DNA of 64,000 nt, from contig CATNEN010000038.1 in NCBI GenBank assembly GCA_950097015.1, positions 27,652,001 through 27,716,000 of the forward strand, given 5' to 3'. This document shows positions 13,401 through 28,400 of the stretch, piece after piece (positions within the stretch are counted from its first letter, which is position 1; each line of letters opens with the position of its first letter). This DNA is from Macrostomum hystrix. Taxonomy: Eukaryota; Animalia; Platyhelminthes. The position numbers and the translations under genes are program-made. The notes under the pieces are model-generated. The model searched no databases. It worked only from the letters and a program-made list of their open reading frames with translations, and was not told where the DNA came from.

Positions 13401-16400
13401 CACTGCAGTAGCTTCATACCCATCCTGCAACACTGCAGTAGCTTCATACCCATCCTGCAACACTGCAGTAGCTTCATACCCATCCTGCAACACTGCAGTA
13501 GCTTCACACCCATCCTGCAACACTGCAGTAGCTTCATACCCATCCTGCAACACTGCAGTAGCTTCACACCCATCCTGCAACACTGCAGTAGCTTCACACC
13601 CATCCTGCAACACTGCAGTAGCTTCACACCCATCCTGCAACACTGCAGTAGCTTCATACCCATCCTGCAACACTGCAGTAGCTTCATACCCATCCTGCAA
13701 CACTGCAGTAGCTTCATACCCATCCTGCAACACTGCAGTAGCTTCACACCCATCCTGCAACACTGCAGTAGCTTCACACCCATCCTGCAACACTGCAGTA
13801 GCTTCACACCCATCCTGCAACACTGCAGTAGCTTCACACCCATCCTGCAACACTGCAGTAGCTTCATACCCATCCTGCAACACTGCAGTAGCTTCACACC
13901 CATCCTGCAACACTGCAGTAGCTTCACACCCATCCTGCAACACTGCAGTAGCTTCACACCCATCCTGCAACACTGCAGTAGCTTCATACCCATCCTGCAA
14001 CACTGCAGTAGCTTCATACCCATCCTGCAACACTGCAGTAGCTTCATACCCATCCTGCAACACTGCAGTAGCTTCATACCCATCCTGCAACACTACAGTA
14101 GCTTCATACCCATCCTGCAACACTGCAGTAGCTTCATACCCATCATGCAACACTGGAGTAGCTTCATACCCATCCTGCAACACTACAGTAGCTTCATACC
14201 CATCCTGCAACACTGCAGTAGCTTCATACCCATCCTGCAACACTGCAGTAGCTTCATACCCATCCTGCAACACTGCAGTAGCTTCACACCCATCCTGCAA
14301 CACTGCAGTAGCTTCATACCCATCCTGCAACTTAAAATAGCCTAATCCTGTCCCCATCACAATGGCTGCTCACCCAGCGTGCAGCTCGGCCCGTTCCAGC
14401 CCCTGCCGCAGGCGCAGGTGCCGTTGACGCATTTTCCGTTGCGCTCGCACCTGTCGTCGCATTTTCGCATTTGACAGCGCAGGCCGGACCAGCCGTTGTG
14501 ACACTGACAGCTGCCGTTCAGACAGACACCGTTCTCGCACGGAAATTGACAAGACTCTGTTTGTTGGGATTGGGAATACGGAACCAATATTTAATTGCCT
14601 AGAACGATCTCTAAATCTTTGAGCAATGCTCAGTCAGCTCACCAAACTGGCACGCGTCGCCGTGGTAGCCATCGTTGCAGTCGCATCCGACGTCGCCAAC
14701 ACGCAGGCGCCCCCGACCCGAGCAGGGCAGCAGCCGCCGCACTCCACCAAGATTCTCGCAGCCGCCGTTCTTTGTCGGCGACTCTTCTCTGCAGTCAGCG
14801 CCGGAATAGCCAGCGAAGCAGCGACAGCGGCCTGACTCGCAGACACCTCGACCGCCGCAGTCGGCAGACGGATGACAGGTCACTGGTGTAAATGGTTGAC
14901 AGGCGGTGAAAATTAAAAAAACTCATCGATAGCACGGACTCAGAATAATGAAAAAAATTTAATTATAGACGCAGGGATGCTGTGAGCAATGGCACATCAA
15001 TTGTGACACTAGACCCGCAGCCAGCGAGGAGTCAATTCTGCCCATTTCGCTGACTCCTGAGCACACACGCTCACACAGGTGTGTACATCTGCCCTGAGTT
15101 TCTCATCGTCAGGCAGTGTACACTCTGACTGTGCCTTGGAGGTTAGCCGTCAAGGGCGTAAAATGCACGACAAGTCACCCCCAAGCCTTCTCTCGAGCGA
15201 AATCGAGCTCAGGGACCTTGGTGCGAGAGGCAAACGCGTTAAACGCTCTGCCGCTCAGCCTCCCTATTAACTACGTAACAAATGGCATTCGGTCTATGAA
15301 AAAATATTGTTAAGTCATTTCACGATGATAACGCTTTGCAAACACGCCGTACTTTGATTTAGTTTTAGATCGCGAGCTAATGAAAATGACATTTTCTGGT
15401 ACTTTTGCGAAAGCCAGTTGATTGAAACGACCGTAGATGTCATGCTACATTAAGTTCTTTTCATTCAGAGTCAAGTCAATTAGCAATTGCTTGTGGCCCT
15501 TTGTGCTTTCCGTAATTTCTCCCCCAAGTCATCCCGTAGCTCTTTTCATAGGACGCCAGCGAATATTGCCTCGTGGGATCGGTTGAGCAGAAAAATTCCC
15601 CAAACTTCGCCCCCCGCCCGCTTGTCGAGTAATTCGATTCCGCGTCAAGCCCTCCACCGCTCCGCACTTCACGGGACCACACTCCGGCCATCAATCATAG
15701 CGCTGCTCGTCAGGCCTCGACACTTGCGGAGAAAGTGCAGCGGCAGCGGATCTCAAGGGCAAATATTAGACCTGAGAGAGTGGCTCCGCAGCCCCCTTAG
15801 ATCCTCTTCACATTGAGAGGCCATAAATGAGGAAGCAGCAACAGCAGCAGGGGCGAGCTCGGTAAGGGTCTTAGTGTAGAGTTTACCGGGACTCCCTAGC
15901 GCTCATGTCTTGTTGATACTTGACTAATTTTCTTTCAACAGAAACGGTTTTCATCTCTTCTTCTTGCCCTGTTCCAAACCTTCCTTTCTTATATGATTCG
16001 TTACTTTTCTGATCTTACTCATATTCTTTTTCACTCGTCTCCCCTTCTTCTCCTCTCCCTCCTCCTCTCCTCTCTTCTCTCTTCACTCTATTCTCTCTCT
16101 CTACCTCCCTCTCTTCCCGTCTCATTTGTTCTTCAGTTTTACCAACTGTTCCTACTAGTATATATTCCGCTATGTATACAGTTACGGGTAGAAATGCTTA
16201 GTTTTTATCCATATAATCTTTCTGAATGCCGATAAAAAAGTCAGAGAAATAAAACGAGCATAAATTACAAACCGTCATTCCTAGATTTTGCGAGCTTATT
16301 CCCTAATTTTCTCAAATTGCACTTCCGTTTTTGGGTTAGATTGTATGGGCACAAATAGTTTGAATATTCTGAATATTCTGCGCACTTTTGCCCACGTATA

Positions 16401-19400
16401 GATGTGTTATATGGCCTCGCCGTTTCTAGGAAATAACATTTATGATATCAGTGTCCAGTACTCTATATTTAGTACAAAATCACAATCTAGAGATGCGAGA
16501 AGAGTGAGGTTAGAGACTGGAGAAGAGTGAGACTAGAGATGAGAGAAGAGTGAGACTAGAGATGAGAGAAGAGTGAGATTAGAGACGGGATAAGAGTAAG
16601 ATTAGAGACGGGAGAAGAGTGAGACTAGAGACGGGAGAAGAGTGAGACTAGAGATGGGAGAAGAGTAAGATTAGAGACGGGAGAAGATTGAGACTAGAGA
16701 TGGGAGAAGAGTGAGATTAGAGACGGGAGAAGATTGAGACTAGAGATGGGAGAAGAGTGAGATTAGAGACGGGAGAAGAGTAAGATTAGAGACGGGAGAA
16801 GATTGAGACTAGAGACGGGAGAAGAGTGAGACTAGAGATGAGAGAAGAGTGAGACTAGAGATGAGAGAAGAGTGAGATTAGAGACGGGATAAGAGTAAGA
16901 TTAGAGACTGGAGAAGAGTAAGATTAGAGACGGGAGAAGAGTGAGACTAGAGATGGGAGAAGAGTGAGACTAGAGATGAGAGAAGGGTGAGATTAGAGAC
17001 TGGAGAAGAGTAAGAATAGAGACGGGAGAAGAGTAAGAATAGAGACGGGAGAAGAGTAAGAATAGAGACGGGAGAAGAGTGAGACTAGAGATAGGGAGCA
17101 GTGCTATGAAGTGTTGAACAGTCTTCAAGACCGCAGTGTGTATGTTACAGTTCTAGTATATATTCAGCCATCGAACAGTCTTGTTGATGAGGACTAGAAA
17201 GATATCGACTTTTAGATCCTTCCCATTCCGTATAAAGTTTCCCAGTTGGTCGCCCCTACACTGGGAGAGAGAGGGAGAGGAAATCATTGATTTGAGTTCG
17301 AGGCAAAGCTTTCCTCATTCACTTCTTAGATCTCTGCTCTGGTGGTGGAAAAGTGGCGCTCCAATTCTTTCTGCTTCATTTGGAACTCCCTTTTTCTTTC
17401 TTGGTCTTTCTTCACTCTCTATCTCTCTCAGTCTGACTGTCTGTCTGTCTCATTTTGTTTCCGCAGTTAGAAAGGACCAGGGGGCGCGGAGAGAAGCAGC
17501 TAATCAATCAATTGTCTATCGTTACTGCTTCTGCTGCTGTGGCTGCTGCTGCTGCTATTTCTCTTAGTTCTTCCATGTTCTCCAATTGTTGTGCACCACC
17601 AGTGTGTCTTTTGTCTCCGCCTTTTACGTTTGTAAGAAATTTGTCTCTTCTTTGCTTACAGCATTCTTTGTTTCTTCTGAAAAAGAATTTGAGTTGGCAA
17701 ACAACGGACAATGAGCCTCAAGCCAATCACTCTCTTGTGTCTTATACCATCCCCTTTTTTCCACCCTGTCTCATCTCTACCCTGTCTCATCTCTACCCTG
17801 TCTCATCTCTACCCTGTCTCATCTCTACCCTGTCTCATCTCTACCCTGTCTCATCTCTACCCTGTCTCATCTCTACCCTGTCTCATCTCTACCCTGTCTC
17901 ATCTCTACCCTGTCTCATCTCTACCCTGTCTCATCTCTACCCTGTCTCATCTCTACCCTGTCTCATCTCTACCCTGTCTCATCTCTACCCTGTCTCATCT
18001 CTACCCTGTCTCATCTCTACCCTGTCTCATCTCTACCCTGTCTCATCTCTACCCTGTCTCATCTCTGCCCTATCTCAACTCGACCCCGTCTCATCTCTAC
18101 CCTGTCTCATCTCTACCCTGTCTCATCTCTACCCCGTCTGATCTCTGCCCTGTCTCGTCTCTGCCCTGTCTCGTCTCTGCCCTGTCTCGTCTCTACCCTG
18201 TCCCATATCTCCTGTCTCATCTCTGCCCTGTCTCATCTCTACCCTGTCTCGTCTCTACCCTGTCCCATATCTCCTGTCTCATCTCTCCGCCTGTCTCATC
18301 TCTGCCCTGTCTGATCTCTACCCTGTTTCATCTCTGCCCTGTCTGATCTCTACCCTGTTTCATCTCTACCCTGTTTCAACTCGACCCCGTCTCATCTCTA
18401 CCCTGTCTCATCTCTGCCCTGTCTCATCTCTGCCCTGTCTCATCTCTACCCTGTTTCAACTCGACCCCGTCTCATCTCTACCCCGTCTCATCTCTGCCCT
18501 GTCTCATCTCTGCCCTATCTTATCTCTGCCCTGTCTCATCTCTGCCCTATCTTATCTCTGCCCTGTCTCATCTCTGCCCTATCTTATCTCTGCCCTGTCT
18601 CATCTCTGCCCTGTCTCATCTCTGCCCTGTCTCATCTCTGCCCTATCTCATCTCTCCCGTGTCTCATCTCTGCCCTGTCTCATCTCTGCCCTGTCTCATC
18701 TCTGCCCTGTCTCATCTCTGCCCTATCTTATCTCTACCCTGTCTCATCTCTGCCCTGTCTCATCTCTGCCCTGTCTTATCTCTACCCTGTCTCATCTCTG
18801 CCCTGTCTCATCTCTGCCCTGTCTTATCTCTACCCTGTCTCATCTCTGCCCTGTCTCATCTCTGCCCTATCTTATCTCTACCCTGTCTTATCTCTACCCT
18901 GTCTCATCTCTACCCTATCTTATCTCTACCCTGTCTCATCTCTGCCCTGTCTCATCTCTGCCCTGTCTTATCTCTACCCTGTCTCATCTCTGCCCTATCT
19001 TATCTCTGCCCTGTCTCATCTCTGCCCTATCTTATCTCTGCCCTGTCTCATCTCTGCCCTATCTTATCTCTGCCCTGTCTCATCTCTGCCCTATCTTATC
19101 TCTGCCCTGTCTCATCTCTGCCCTGTCTCATCTCTGCCCTGTCTCATCTCTGCCCTATCTCATCTCTCCCGTGTCTCATCTCTGCCCTGTCTCATCTCTG
19201 CCCTGTCTCATCTCTGCCCTGTCTCATCTCTGCCCTATCTTATCTCTACCCTGTCTCATCTCTGCCCTGTCTCATCTCTGCCCTGTCTTATCTCTACCCT
19301 GTCTCATCTCTGCCCTGTCTCATCTCTGCCCTATCTTATCTCTACCCTGTCTTATCTCTACCCTGTCTCATCTCTACCCTATCTTATCTCTACCCTGTCT

Positions 19401-22400
19401 CATCTCTGACCTGTCTCATCTCTACCCCGTCTCATATCAACTTCTGTATGTACTCCGCTTTTCTCTCAATATATTTTGATGGGCAGTTTTATTTTTCCTG
19501 GCACTATAACAGTTTTCCGCCCTTCTTCCTCAGAATCCAAATCTGCAGTCAGTTGAATTCATTTAAGAGCTACCTAGCAATGAGTTAATTAATTTCAATA
19601 AAATTTTGCTCAACGGCCGCTGCCACCAGTTGGTGCAGGCCGGTAGGTAACGCACTAATCAATCAAAGTCTGACAGGTGCTTTTTAACCCCAGCTGACCT
19701 ACGGTGATGATAGCTATATCAACACCTTATGTCTGCAGTTTCAGCGACAATTCGTCGATATTTCCGGGTTTTCTAGAAAGCAGAATCCTTTCGACGATAC
19801 CAAAGGAAATTAGCATGCAAGAGACGATTCTATTAAATGTGATAGAAAGAGCTATTCTGAAATCGAAACTGGTAACGATTCCATAATCGTAAATTCCTGA
19901 GACGATTCCTAGAGGACGATTCTAGAGACGATTCCTAGAGGACGATTCTAGAGACGATTCCTAGAGACGATTCCCGACTAGTCTATAGAGACGATTTTCG
20001 AGACGATTTCTGAGACGAGTCTAGAGACGATTTCTGAGGCGAGTCTAGAGACGATTTCTGAGACGAGTCTAGAGACGATTTCTGAGACGAGTCTAGAGAC
20101 GATTTCTGAGACGAGTCTAGAGACGATTCTAGAGGCGATTTCTGAGACGAGTCTAGAGACGATTCTAGAGACGAATCTAGAGACGATTTCTGAGACGAGT
20201 CTAGAGACGATTCTAGAGACGAATCTAGAGACGATTTCTGAGGCGAGTCTAGAGACGAATCTAGAGACGATTTCTGAGACGAGTCTAGAGACGATTCTAG
20301 AGACGATTCTAGAGACGATTTGTTTGTTCATTCCTAGGATTATTTCAGTGAAGATTCCTGATAAGATTCTTGAGATGATTCCAAAGGAAATTCTAAGCAT
20401 AGTTCTAAAGCCGATACTAAATTAGATTAGATACCATTAGAAATAAATTCTAAACCAAAATATTATTGAGCTCACTGTTCTCGCATTTGTCTCCTGTGAA
20501 TCCGCTGACGCACTGGCAATGCCCAGCAACGCACCGACCGTTGCCTGAGCACAGCGGGTCGATGCACTCAGTCCACGGCACACTGCAGTCCTGGCCCTTC
20601 CATTGTGGATTGCAGCGGCAAATGCCCCGATCAAAGTAGCCATTGCCGCTGCACACCTGTACAGTGTCAGCTGCCGATGAGGGCGGATAACAGTGTTATC
20701 AGTAAAGGCTTTAAAAAACTTTGTTTGGGTAAAAAAACTGTCACGTGACTTCAACCTAGAGAAGAACCTAGAGAATTTCGAAAGCCCTTATCTGGCTTAT
20801 CAGTTTTCCCCATCAATTCACGAAATACAGCTAGCTGTTATCTCCGCCATTCATGAAATCTCATTTTTTGTCGTTTTAATCCCTTTTTATTGAAGGCACG
20901 TATGGGACCGATTTATATCGCTCGCTTATATTTTTTGCTTATTTTTAGGAAAAACAAGTGGATGGTGGGTGATTTTTCTGGACGGCAATGCACTGCGGTT
21001 CTAATCCGATTTAAACGAAACAAATATTGCTTGATTGTTGCATACAGTCTAGGATCCTTAGGTAGAGGTGAATGAGTGAAATTCTATTGAGCCAAGAAAT
21101 AAGAGAAATTTGTTATGAAAAACCATCAGAACAAACAGAGACAGGCATGAGACACACTGACAGACAGGCAGAACAGACTGACAGACGTGCAGAACAGACT
21201 GACAGACAGGCAGAACAGACTGACAGACAGGCAGAACAGACAGACAGACAGGCAGAACAGACTGACAGGCAGAACAGACTGACAGGCAGACAGGCAGAAC
21301 AGCCGTGTACAATAAGAGGCATAGTGAAACCTTCTACTGTATTTCCGCTTTCACAGACGCAGCAACCAGTTGTTTCACCAATTAACCCCCACCAACCCCA
21401 CCCTAATAGACGTCACTCACCAAGCGAGCAGTCGGGGCCCTTGAAGCCCTGGAAGCACTGACAGGAGCCGGCATGACAGGCGCCACGGTTGCTGCAGGCG
21501 CCATTGCAGTCGGCCAGTCGATAGTCCAAATCTGGACAGTGGCAAATGCGCGGCGGAGGGAGGGGGGAGAAGTGAGGGGAGAAAAATTGGGATGCGTCAT
21601 CGATGGCACAGCTGCGCCGCGTTGGGAGCGAAAGAAAAAAACGGGCAACCAGACTATTACACACCTCGACTTGCCCTGCTGGCTGAGGCCACAATGGCCT
21701 TAAAAAATCAATGCCCCAGAAACACCTGGCTAGCAGACAAATTTACCTGTTTTTGTAACCCGCATTTGAAGGCTCACGCTGGAGTGGCGCTGATCGTTGA
21801 TAAGCGAGACGTACCAAACTGCCGGAGTGGCCAAATGAACAGTTGCTAGGGATCGGGGCTTCTGCAATTAGGGAACAATGGGACGAATTTCGCTTGGAAA
21901 TATCCAAATCAAAGACGTGACGTTGGAGAACATTGTAGTATTTTCTTTAGGGACGATTCTAGAGAAGATTCTAAAGACGATTCTAGAGACGATTCTAGAA
22001 AAAATTCTAGAGACGATTCTAGACAAGATTCTAGAGACGATTCTAGAGACGATTCTAGAGACGATTCTAGACAAGATTCTAGAGACGATTCTAGAGACGA
22101 TTCTAGAGACGATTCTAGAGACGATTCTAGAGACGATTCTCGAGACGATTCTAGAAAAATTTTTAGAGACGATTCTAGACAGGATTCTAGAGACGATTCT
22201 AGAGACGATTCTAGACAAGATTCTAGAGACGATTCTAGAGACGATTCTAGACAAGATTCTAGAGACGATTCTAGAGACGATTCTAGAGACGATTCTAGAA
22301 AAATTTTTAGAGACGATTCTAGACAGGATTCTAGAGACGATTCTAGAGACGATTCTAGACAAGATTCTAGAGACGATTCTAGAGACGATTCTAGAGACGA

Positions 22401-25400
22401 TTCTAGAGACGATTCTAGAGACGATTCTTTAACTGAACTTATAGGCTATTCCAGGGTATGATTTTACTATGTGTTGTCAATATTTTCTGCTAGCAAATTT
22501 TCCACGCAATCTTCAATCAACGATTGAAATTATACAACTAAAAACTGGTTTTACAGCTGCAGTGTCGATTCGCGTCGAACAGGGCGGACAAAACATCGAC
22601 AGCTGACTTTAGATCTCTAGCCCCACCCCCACAGAAACCTGGTCTCCTAGTTACCAGTGTGATAATCCTTTCTAACACGCCTTTATAGCCATCGCAACCA
22701 TATAATAGGCGGTTAGGATTGCTGTTGCATTACCTCAACCCACTACCCGTAGCTGGAGAGATAGTCGGTGATACAACACTTGGATAATAGCAGTAAAGTT
22801 TGGTCTCTTGACCTTGTGGCAAAGCGTACAATATTTTTTCTGTTTCTTTTAGACACCATTCGAGAAAAACACATCGGGAGGTAAATGGTACACGGCTCTG
22901 TTTTCTAATGGCGAAAAAAACGCCAAGGTAGGACAAACCAGAATAGTTGTTATTTCTTCGATGCGTTAAGAAGATAAGCTAAGAATGCTTTGCTACCTTA
23001 TGAAGAACATTGACCATCCTAATGACTGTTGTATTACGTAATTTGCCAGATCTCCCATTAGAGATAGGGCCAGAATTTAGCAGTCATCGTGAGAACAAAA
23101 TGTTTCCCTCCTTACCTGACTTTGAACATTTACTAGACGTTGAAACAAGTCGTGCTGCACAGCTGTTGGCAAACTGTTTCGCCTGAGATACAGTCCAACA
23201 ACGTGCTGATAGGGTAGGCTAATGTTCACTAGCAGGTAGCAGGTCTGGTGTACGCTTACTTGGCCGGACCAGTAGCCCGACGGTTCCAGACTGAGTTTCA
23301 GAGGCTCCAGTGTGGAAATTTCCTGAGGCGGCGGCGCCTTAGGGTCGAACAGGCCGAATAGGGTGAGATTCTGCGACTGGCTGACTTCTATTCGCTTCTC
23401 AAATTCGGCGGAACGAGCTGCGGGGGAGAGGATGGAAACGTTTTTATAATTCTAGAGGATACTTAACAGTAAAAGTGCCACAGGGGTATTTCAAATACCC
23501 GCTGCCTACTTCGTGAAAGTCCACCATACGAGTATGAATCAGAATTTGCCGCCGTCTACGATGAACTAACTTTTAAAGCCCTTCAGAACTACCTCAGCAA
23601 CGTAGAGATATTCGACGATTCTTGTCGAAAGACCCTGGTGACAAGATTGCTATAAGTTTGCTCTGTATGTGATAGCCAAAACGATTACATGAAGAATTTT
23701 TTAAGCAGCAAAATATGCCTATATATAGGTGTTTTTCGCCACCAGACACCCCGACAAGAATCGTTGAATATCTCGACGATGCCGACGTTTTGTCATTCTG
23801 AAAGTTGTTTCATTGGTTAGAGTGGAAAACTTTAGCTCGTGTTAAGGATTTTCATAGCAGTTAGTTTAATATATTGGGAGATATTTTAGGACACGAAAGG
23901 AGAGGAGAGGGTAGGAGAGAAGATTAGTGGAGTGGAGAGAAAAGGAGAGAAGAGGAGAGGAGAGGAGAGGGGAGGAGAGGATAGGAGAGGATAGGAGAGG
24001 ATAGGAGAGGAGAGGAGAGGAGAGGATAGGAGAGGAGAGGAGAGGAGAGGAGAGGAGAGGAGAGAAGAAGAGAGGAGAGGATAGGAGAGGAGAGGAGAGG
24101 AGAGGAGAGGAGAGGAGAGAAGAGGAGAGGAGAGGAGAGGATTGGAGAGGAGAGGAGAGGAGAGGAGAGGATAGGAGAGGAGAGGAGAGGAGAGGAGAGG
24201 AGAGAAGAGGAGAGGAGAGGAGAGGATAGGAGAGGAGAGGAGAGAAGAGAAGAGGAGAGAAGAGGAGAGGAGAGAAGAGGAGAGGAGAGGAGAGGAGAGA
24301 GGAGGAGAGAAGAGGAGAGGAGAGGAGAGGAGAGGAGAGGAGAGGGTAGGAGAGAAGATTAGTGGAGTGGAGAGAAAAGGAGAGAAGAGGAGAGGAGAGG
24401 AGAGGGGAGGAGAGGATAGGAGAGGATAGGAGAGGATAGGAGAGGAGAGGAGAGGATAGGAGAGGAGAGGAGAGGAGAGGAGAGGAGAGGAGAGGAGAGA
24501 AGAAGAGAGGAGAGGATAGGAGAGGAGAGGAGAGGAGAGGAGAGGAGAGGAGAGAAGAGGAGAGGAGAGGAGAGGATTGGAGAGGAGAGGAGAGGAGAGG
24601 AGAGGATAGGAGAGGAGAGGAGAGGAGAGGAGAGGAGAGAAGAGGAGAGGAGAGGAGAGGATAGGAGAGGAGAGGAGAGAAGAGAAGAGGAGAGAAGAGG
24701 AGAGGAGAGAAGAGGAGAGGAGAGGAGAGGAGAGAGGAGGAGAGAAGAGGAGAGGAGAGGAGAGGAGAGGAGAGGAGAGGGTAGGAGAGAAGATTAGTGG
24801 AGTGGAGAGAAAAGGAGAGAAGAGGAGAGGAGAGGAGAGGGGAGGAGAGGATAGGAGAGGATAGGAGAGGATAGGAGAGGAGAGGAGAGGATAGGAGAGG
24901 ATAGGAGAGGAGAGGAGAGGAGAGGAGAGGAGAGGAGAGAAGAAGAGAGGAGAGGATAGGAGAGGAGAGGAGAGGAGAGGAGAGGAGAGGAGAGAAGAGG
25001 AGAGGAGAGGAGAGGATTGGAGAGGAGAGGAGAGGAGAGGAGAGGATAGGAGAGGAGAGGAGAGGAGAGGAGAGGAGAGAAGAGGAGAGGAGAGGAGAGG
25101 ATAGGAGAGGAGAGGAGAGAAGAGAAGAGGAGAGAAGAGGAGAGGAGAGAAGAGGAGAGGAGAGGAGAGGAGAGAGGAGGAGAGAAGAGGAGAGGAGAGG
25201 AGAGGAGAGGAGAGGAGAGGGTAGGAGAGAAGATTAGTGGAGTGGAGAGAAAAGGAGAGAAGAGGAGAGGAGAGGAGAGGGGAGGAGAGGATAGGAGAGG
25301 ATAGGAGAGGATAGGAGAGGAGAGGAGAGGAGAGGATAGGAGAGGAGAGGAGAGGAGAGGAGAGGAGAGGAGAGAAGAAGAGAGGAGAGGATAGGAGAGG

Positions 25401-28400
25401 AGAGGAGAGGAGAGGAGAGGAGAGGAGAGAAGAGGAGAGGAGAGGAGAGGATTGGAGAGGAGAGGAGAGGAGAGGAGAGGATAGGAGAGGAGAGGAGAGG
25501 AGAGGATGAGGAGAGAAGAGGAGAGGAGAGGAGAGGATAGGAGAGGAGAGGAGAGAAGAGAAGAGGAGAGAAGAGGAGAGGAGAGAAGAGGAGAGGAGAG
25601 GAGAGGAGAGAGGAGGAGAGAAGAGGAGAGGAGAGGAGAGGAGAGGAGAGGAGAGGAGAGGATAGGATAGGAGAGGAGAGGAGAGGATAGGAGAGGAGAG
25701 GATAGGAGAGAAGAGGAGAGGAGAGGAGAGAAGAGGAGAGGATAGGAGAGGAGAGAAGAGGAGAGGAGAGGAGAGGAGAGGATAGGAGAGGATAGGAGAG
25801 GAGAGAAGAGGAGAGGAGAGGAGAGAAGAGGAGAGGAGAGAAGAGGAGAGAAGAGGAGAGGATAGGAGAGAAGAGGAGAGGATAGGAGAGGAGAGGAGAG
25901 GAGAGGAGAGGATAGGAGAGAAGAGGAGAGGAGAGGAGAGAAGAGGAGAGGATAGGAGAGGAGAGAAGACGAGAGGAGAGGAGAGGAGAGGAGAGGATAG
26001 GAGAGGATAGGAGAGGAGAGAATAGGAGAGGAGAGGAGAGGAGAGGAGAGGAGAGGAGAGGATAGGAGAGGATAGGATAGGAGAGGAGAGGAGAGGAGAG
26101 GAGAGGAGAGGAGAGGAGAGGAGAGGAGAGGAGAGGAGAGAAGAGGAGAGGAGAGGAGAGGAGAGAGATGCAGAAAAAATAAGTATGTCGGTATTTGAAA
26201 TTACCCCATGGTCTTTTAACTGTTAAAAATCTTTTAATGAGTTGGAAATCGAACTCTGGACGTCTCGGAATAAAGTAAAAATATATAAATGGAAAATATA
26301 AAGCAAGAATGAAGTTTCGTTTTAGATTGTCCTAAGTGCATGACAACAAAGGACATAAGCAAAAAGCTTAGGCTTTTGTTGATGGCTTCATAGGGATTTC
26401 CCCTTGTGATTTTCCCATCGGCTTTAAAAACGACTATTTAGCTTGGTTTTTTGGGGAAGGGGTACTAACTTTAGTATATTGAATGCACTTTTTTAGACGG
26501 CAGAAAAAAGCAGTGCGTGATATTAATCCATCTTAAAGCCGAGAGTTTCAAAATAATCGTTTGCGCACGCATCGCTTTTTGAAGCGTTTCAGATCAATTT
26601 TTGTGGGTAGGGACGGGTTGGGTTTTGGGAAGCGCGCTAATGACTTGGTTTAGATAAAAGTGCAAAACGCGATGAATTTACTCGCTTCTTTCTTTTGTAT
26701 TTTATGACAAGACACATTCAAGTGGAATACTCACTGCTAAAGACAGACAGGAGAAACTTGAGGTGCTGAGGTTGCTGAGGAAAAAACATAAAGTGAATGA
26801 GAGTGACAAGAAAAATATTTATACAGAAGAAACAGCAGAGAAGACTGGTTAGACTGTTATACTGATGAGAGGAGAGGAGAGGAGAGGAGAGGAGAGGAAA
26901 GGAGAGGAGAAGAGAGGAGAAGAGAGGAGAGGAGAGGAGAGGAGGCGAGAGGAGAGGAGAGGAGATGAGAGGAGAGGAGAGGAGAGGAGAGAAGAGGAGA
27001 GGAGAGGAGAGGAGAGGAGAGGAGAGGAGAGGAGATGAGAGGAGATGAGAGGAGAGAAGAGAAGAGGAGAGGAGAGGAGAGGAGAGGAGAGGAGAGGAGA
27101 GGAGAGAAGAGGAGAGGAGAGGAGAGGAGAGGAGATGAGAGGAGAGGAGAGGAGAGGAGAGGAGAGGAGAGGAGGCGAGAGGAGAGGAGAGGAGACGAGA
27201 GGAGATAAGAGGAGATGAGAGGAGAGGAGAGGAGAGGAGAGAAGAGGAGAGGAGAGGAGAGGAGAGGAGAGAAGAGGAGAGGAGAGGAGAGGAGAGGAGA
27301 GGAGATGAGAGGAGAGGAGAGGAGAGGAGAGAAGAGGAGAGGAGAGGAGAGGAGATGAGAGGAGATGAGAGGAGAGGAGAGGAGATGAGAGGAGATGAGA
27401 GGAGATGAGAGGAGAGGAGAGGATAGGAGAGGAGAATATTATATACTCGTAGTTTATTAGCTTATATAGTATATGATTAATTTGTGTGCGTAAGCCATGA
27501 ATGTTGCAAAGAATGCGATAGAAGGGTGAAAGGCATATGCAGTGGTCGGTGGGGTATGGCAATGAACAGAAAGGGATTAGTGACAGTTGATGGAATGATT
27601 TAGGAATTAATCATTTCTAGGAATTGCCTGGTACAGGATATTCTATCCAAAGACATGGTTTCTTTTTGCATTGCGGTTCGCTTTTCTAGGGGAAGCCAAT
27701 GTGGTGGATCATTAGTGAACGGATTGAGCGAGCGAGTGAAATATAATTCCGCAATAGTCTGTGGAACAGCAATTTGACAAGGTAGAAGTTTGCGGAAGTG
27801 GGGAAGAATTTCTGCGGAAGAGTATGGCATCAAAATAGGGGTGAAGGTAGATGCAAGGTAGAAATTAAGGAGGAGATATGAAGGGAGATATGAAGGGAGA
27901 TATGAAGGGAGATATGAAGGGAGACATGAAGGGAGATATGAAGGGAGATATGAAGGGAGATATGAAGTTAGATATGAAGGGAGATATGAAGGGACATATT
28001 AAGGGAGATATGAAGGGAGATATGAAGGGAGATATGAAGGGAGATATGAAGGGAGATATGAAGGGAGATATGAAGGGAGATATGAAGGGATATATGAAGG
28101 GAGATATGAAGGGAGATATGAAGGGAGATATGAAGGGAGATATGAAGGGAGATATGAAGGGAGATATGAAGGGAGATATGAAGGGATATATGAAGGGAAA
28201 TATGAAGGGAAATATGAAGGGAGATATGAAGGGAGAGAGATTAAGAGAGACGGTTAGATGGAGATTCACGCGTCAGTGAGAAACAGAACAAATGTATGAT
28301 GTAAACAGTTATCTAGCAGGAAAATAATAGCTAGGGAACTGGATGGCGCAGAGACAGTGGAGTTTTGTATTCAGCAGTCTTTCAGTTACATTTAAATTGC

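Noticed and set aside
12022-14332. CRISPR-like array
   Set aside because: No unique spacers, no cas genes, and a eukaryotic intron context.
11964-14360. 798-aa (LQDGYEATAV)n ORF and the antisense 476-aa ORF
   Set aside because: A 30-bp unit lacking stops in several frames. The flanking teneurin exons splice in phase across it, and read-through from the upstream exon stops at 14357.
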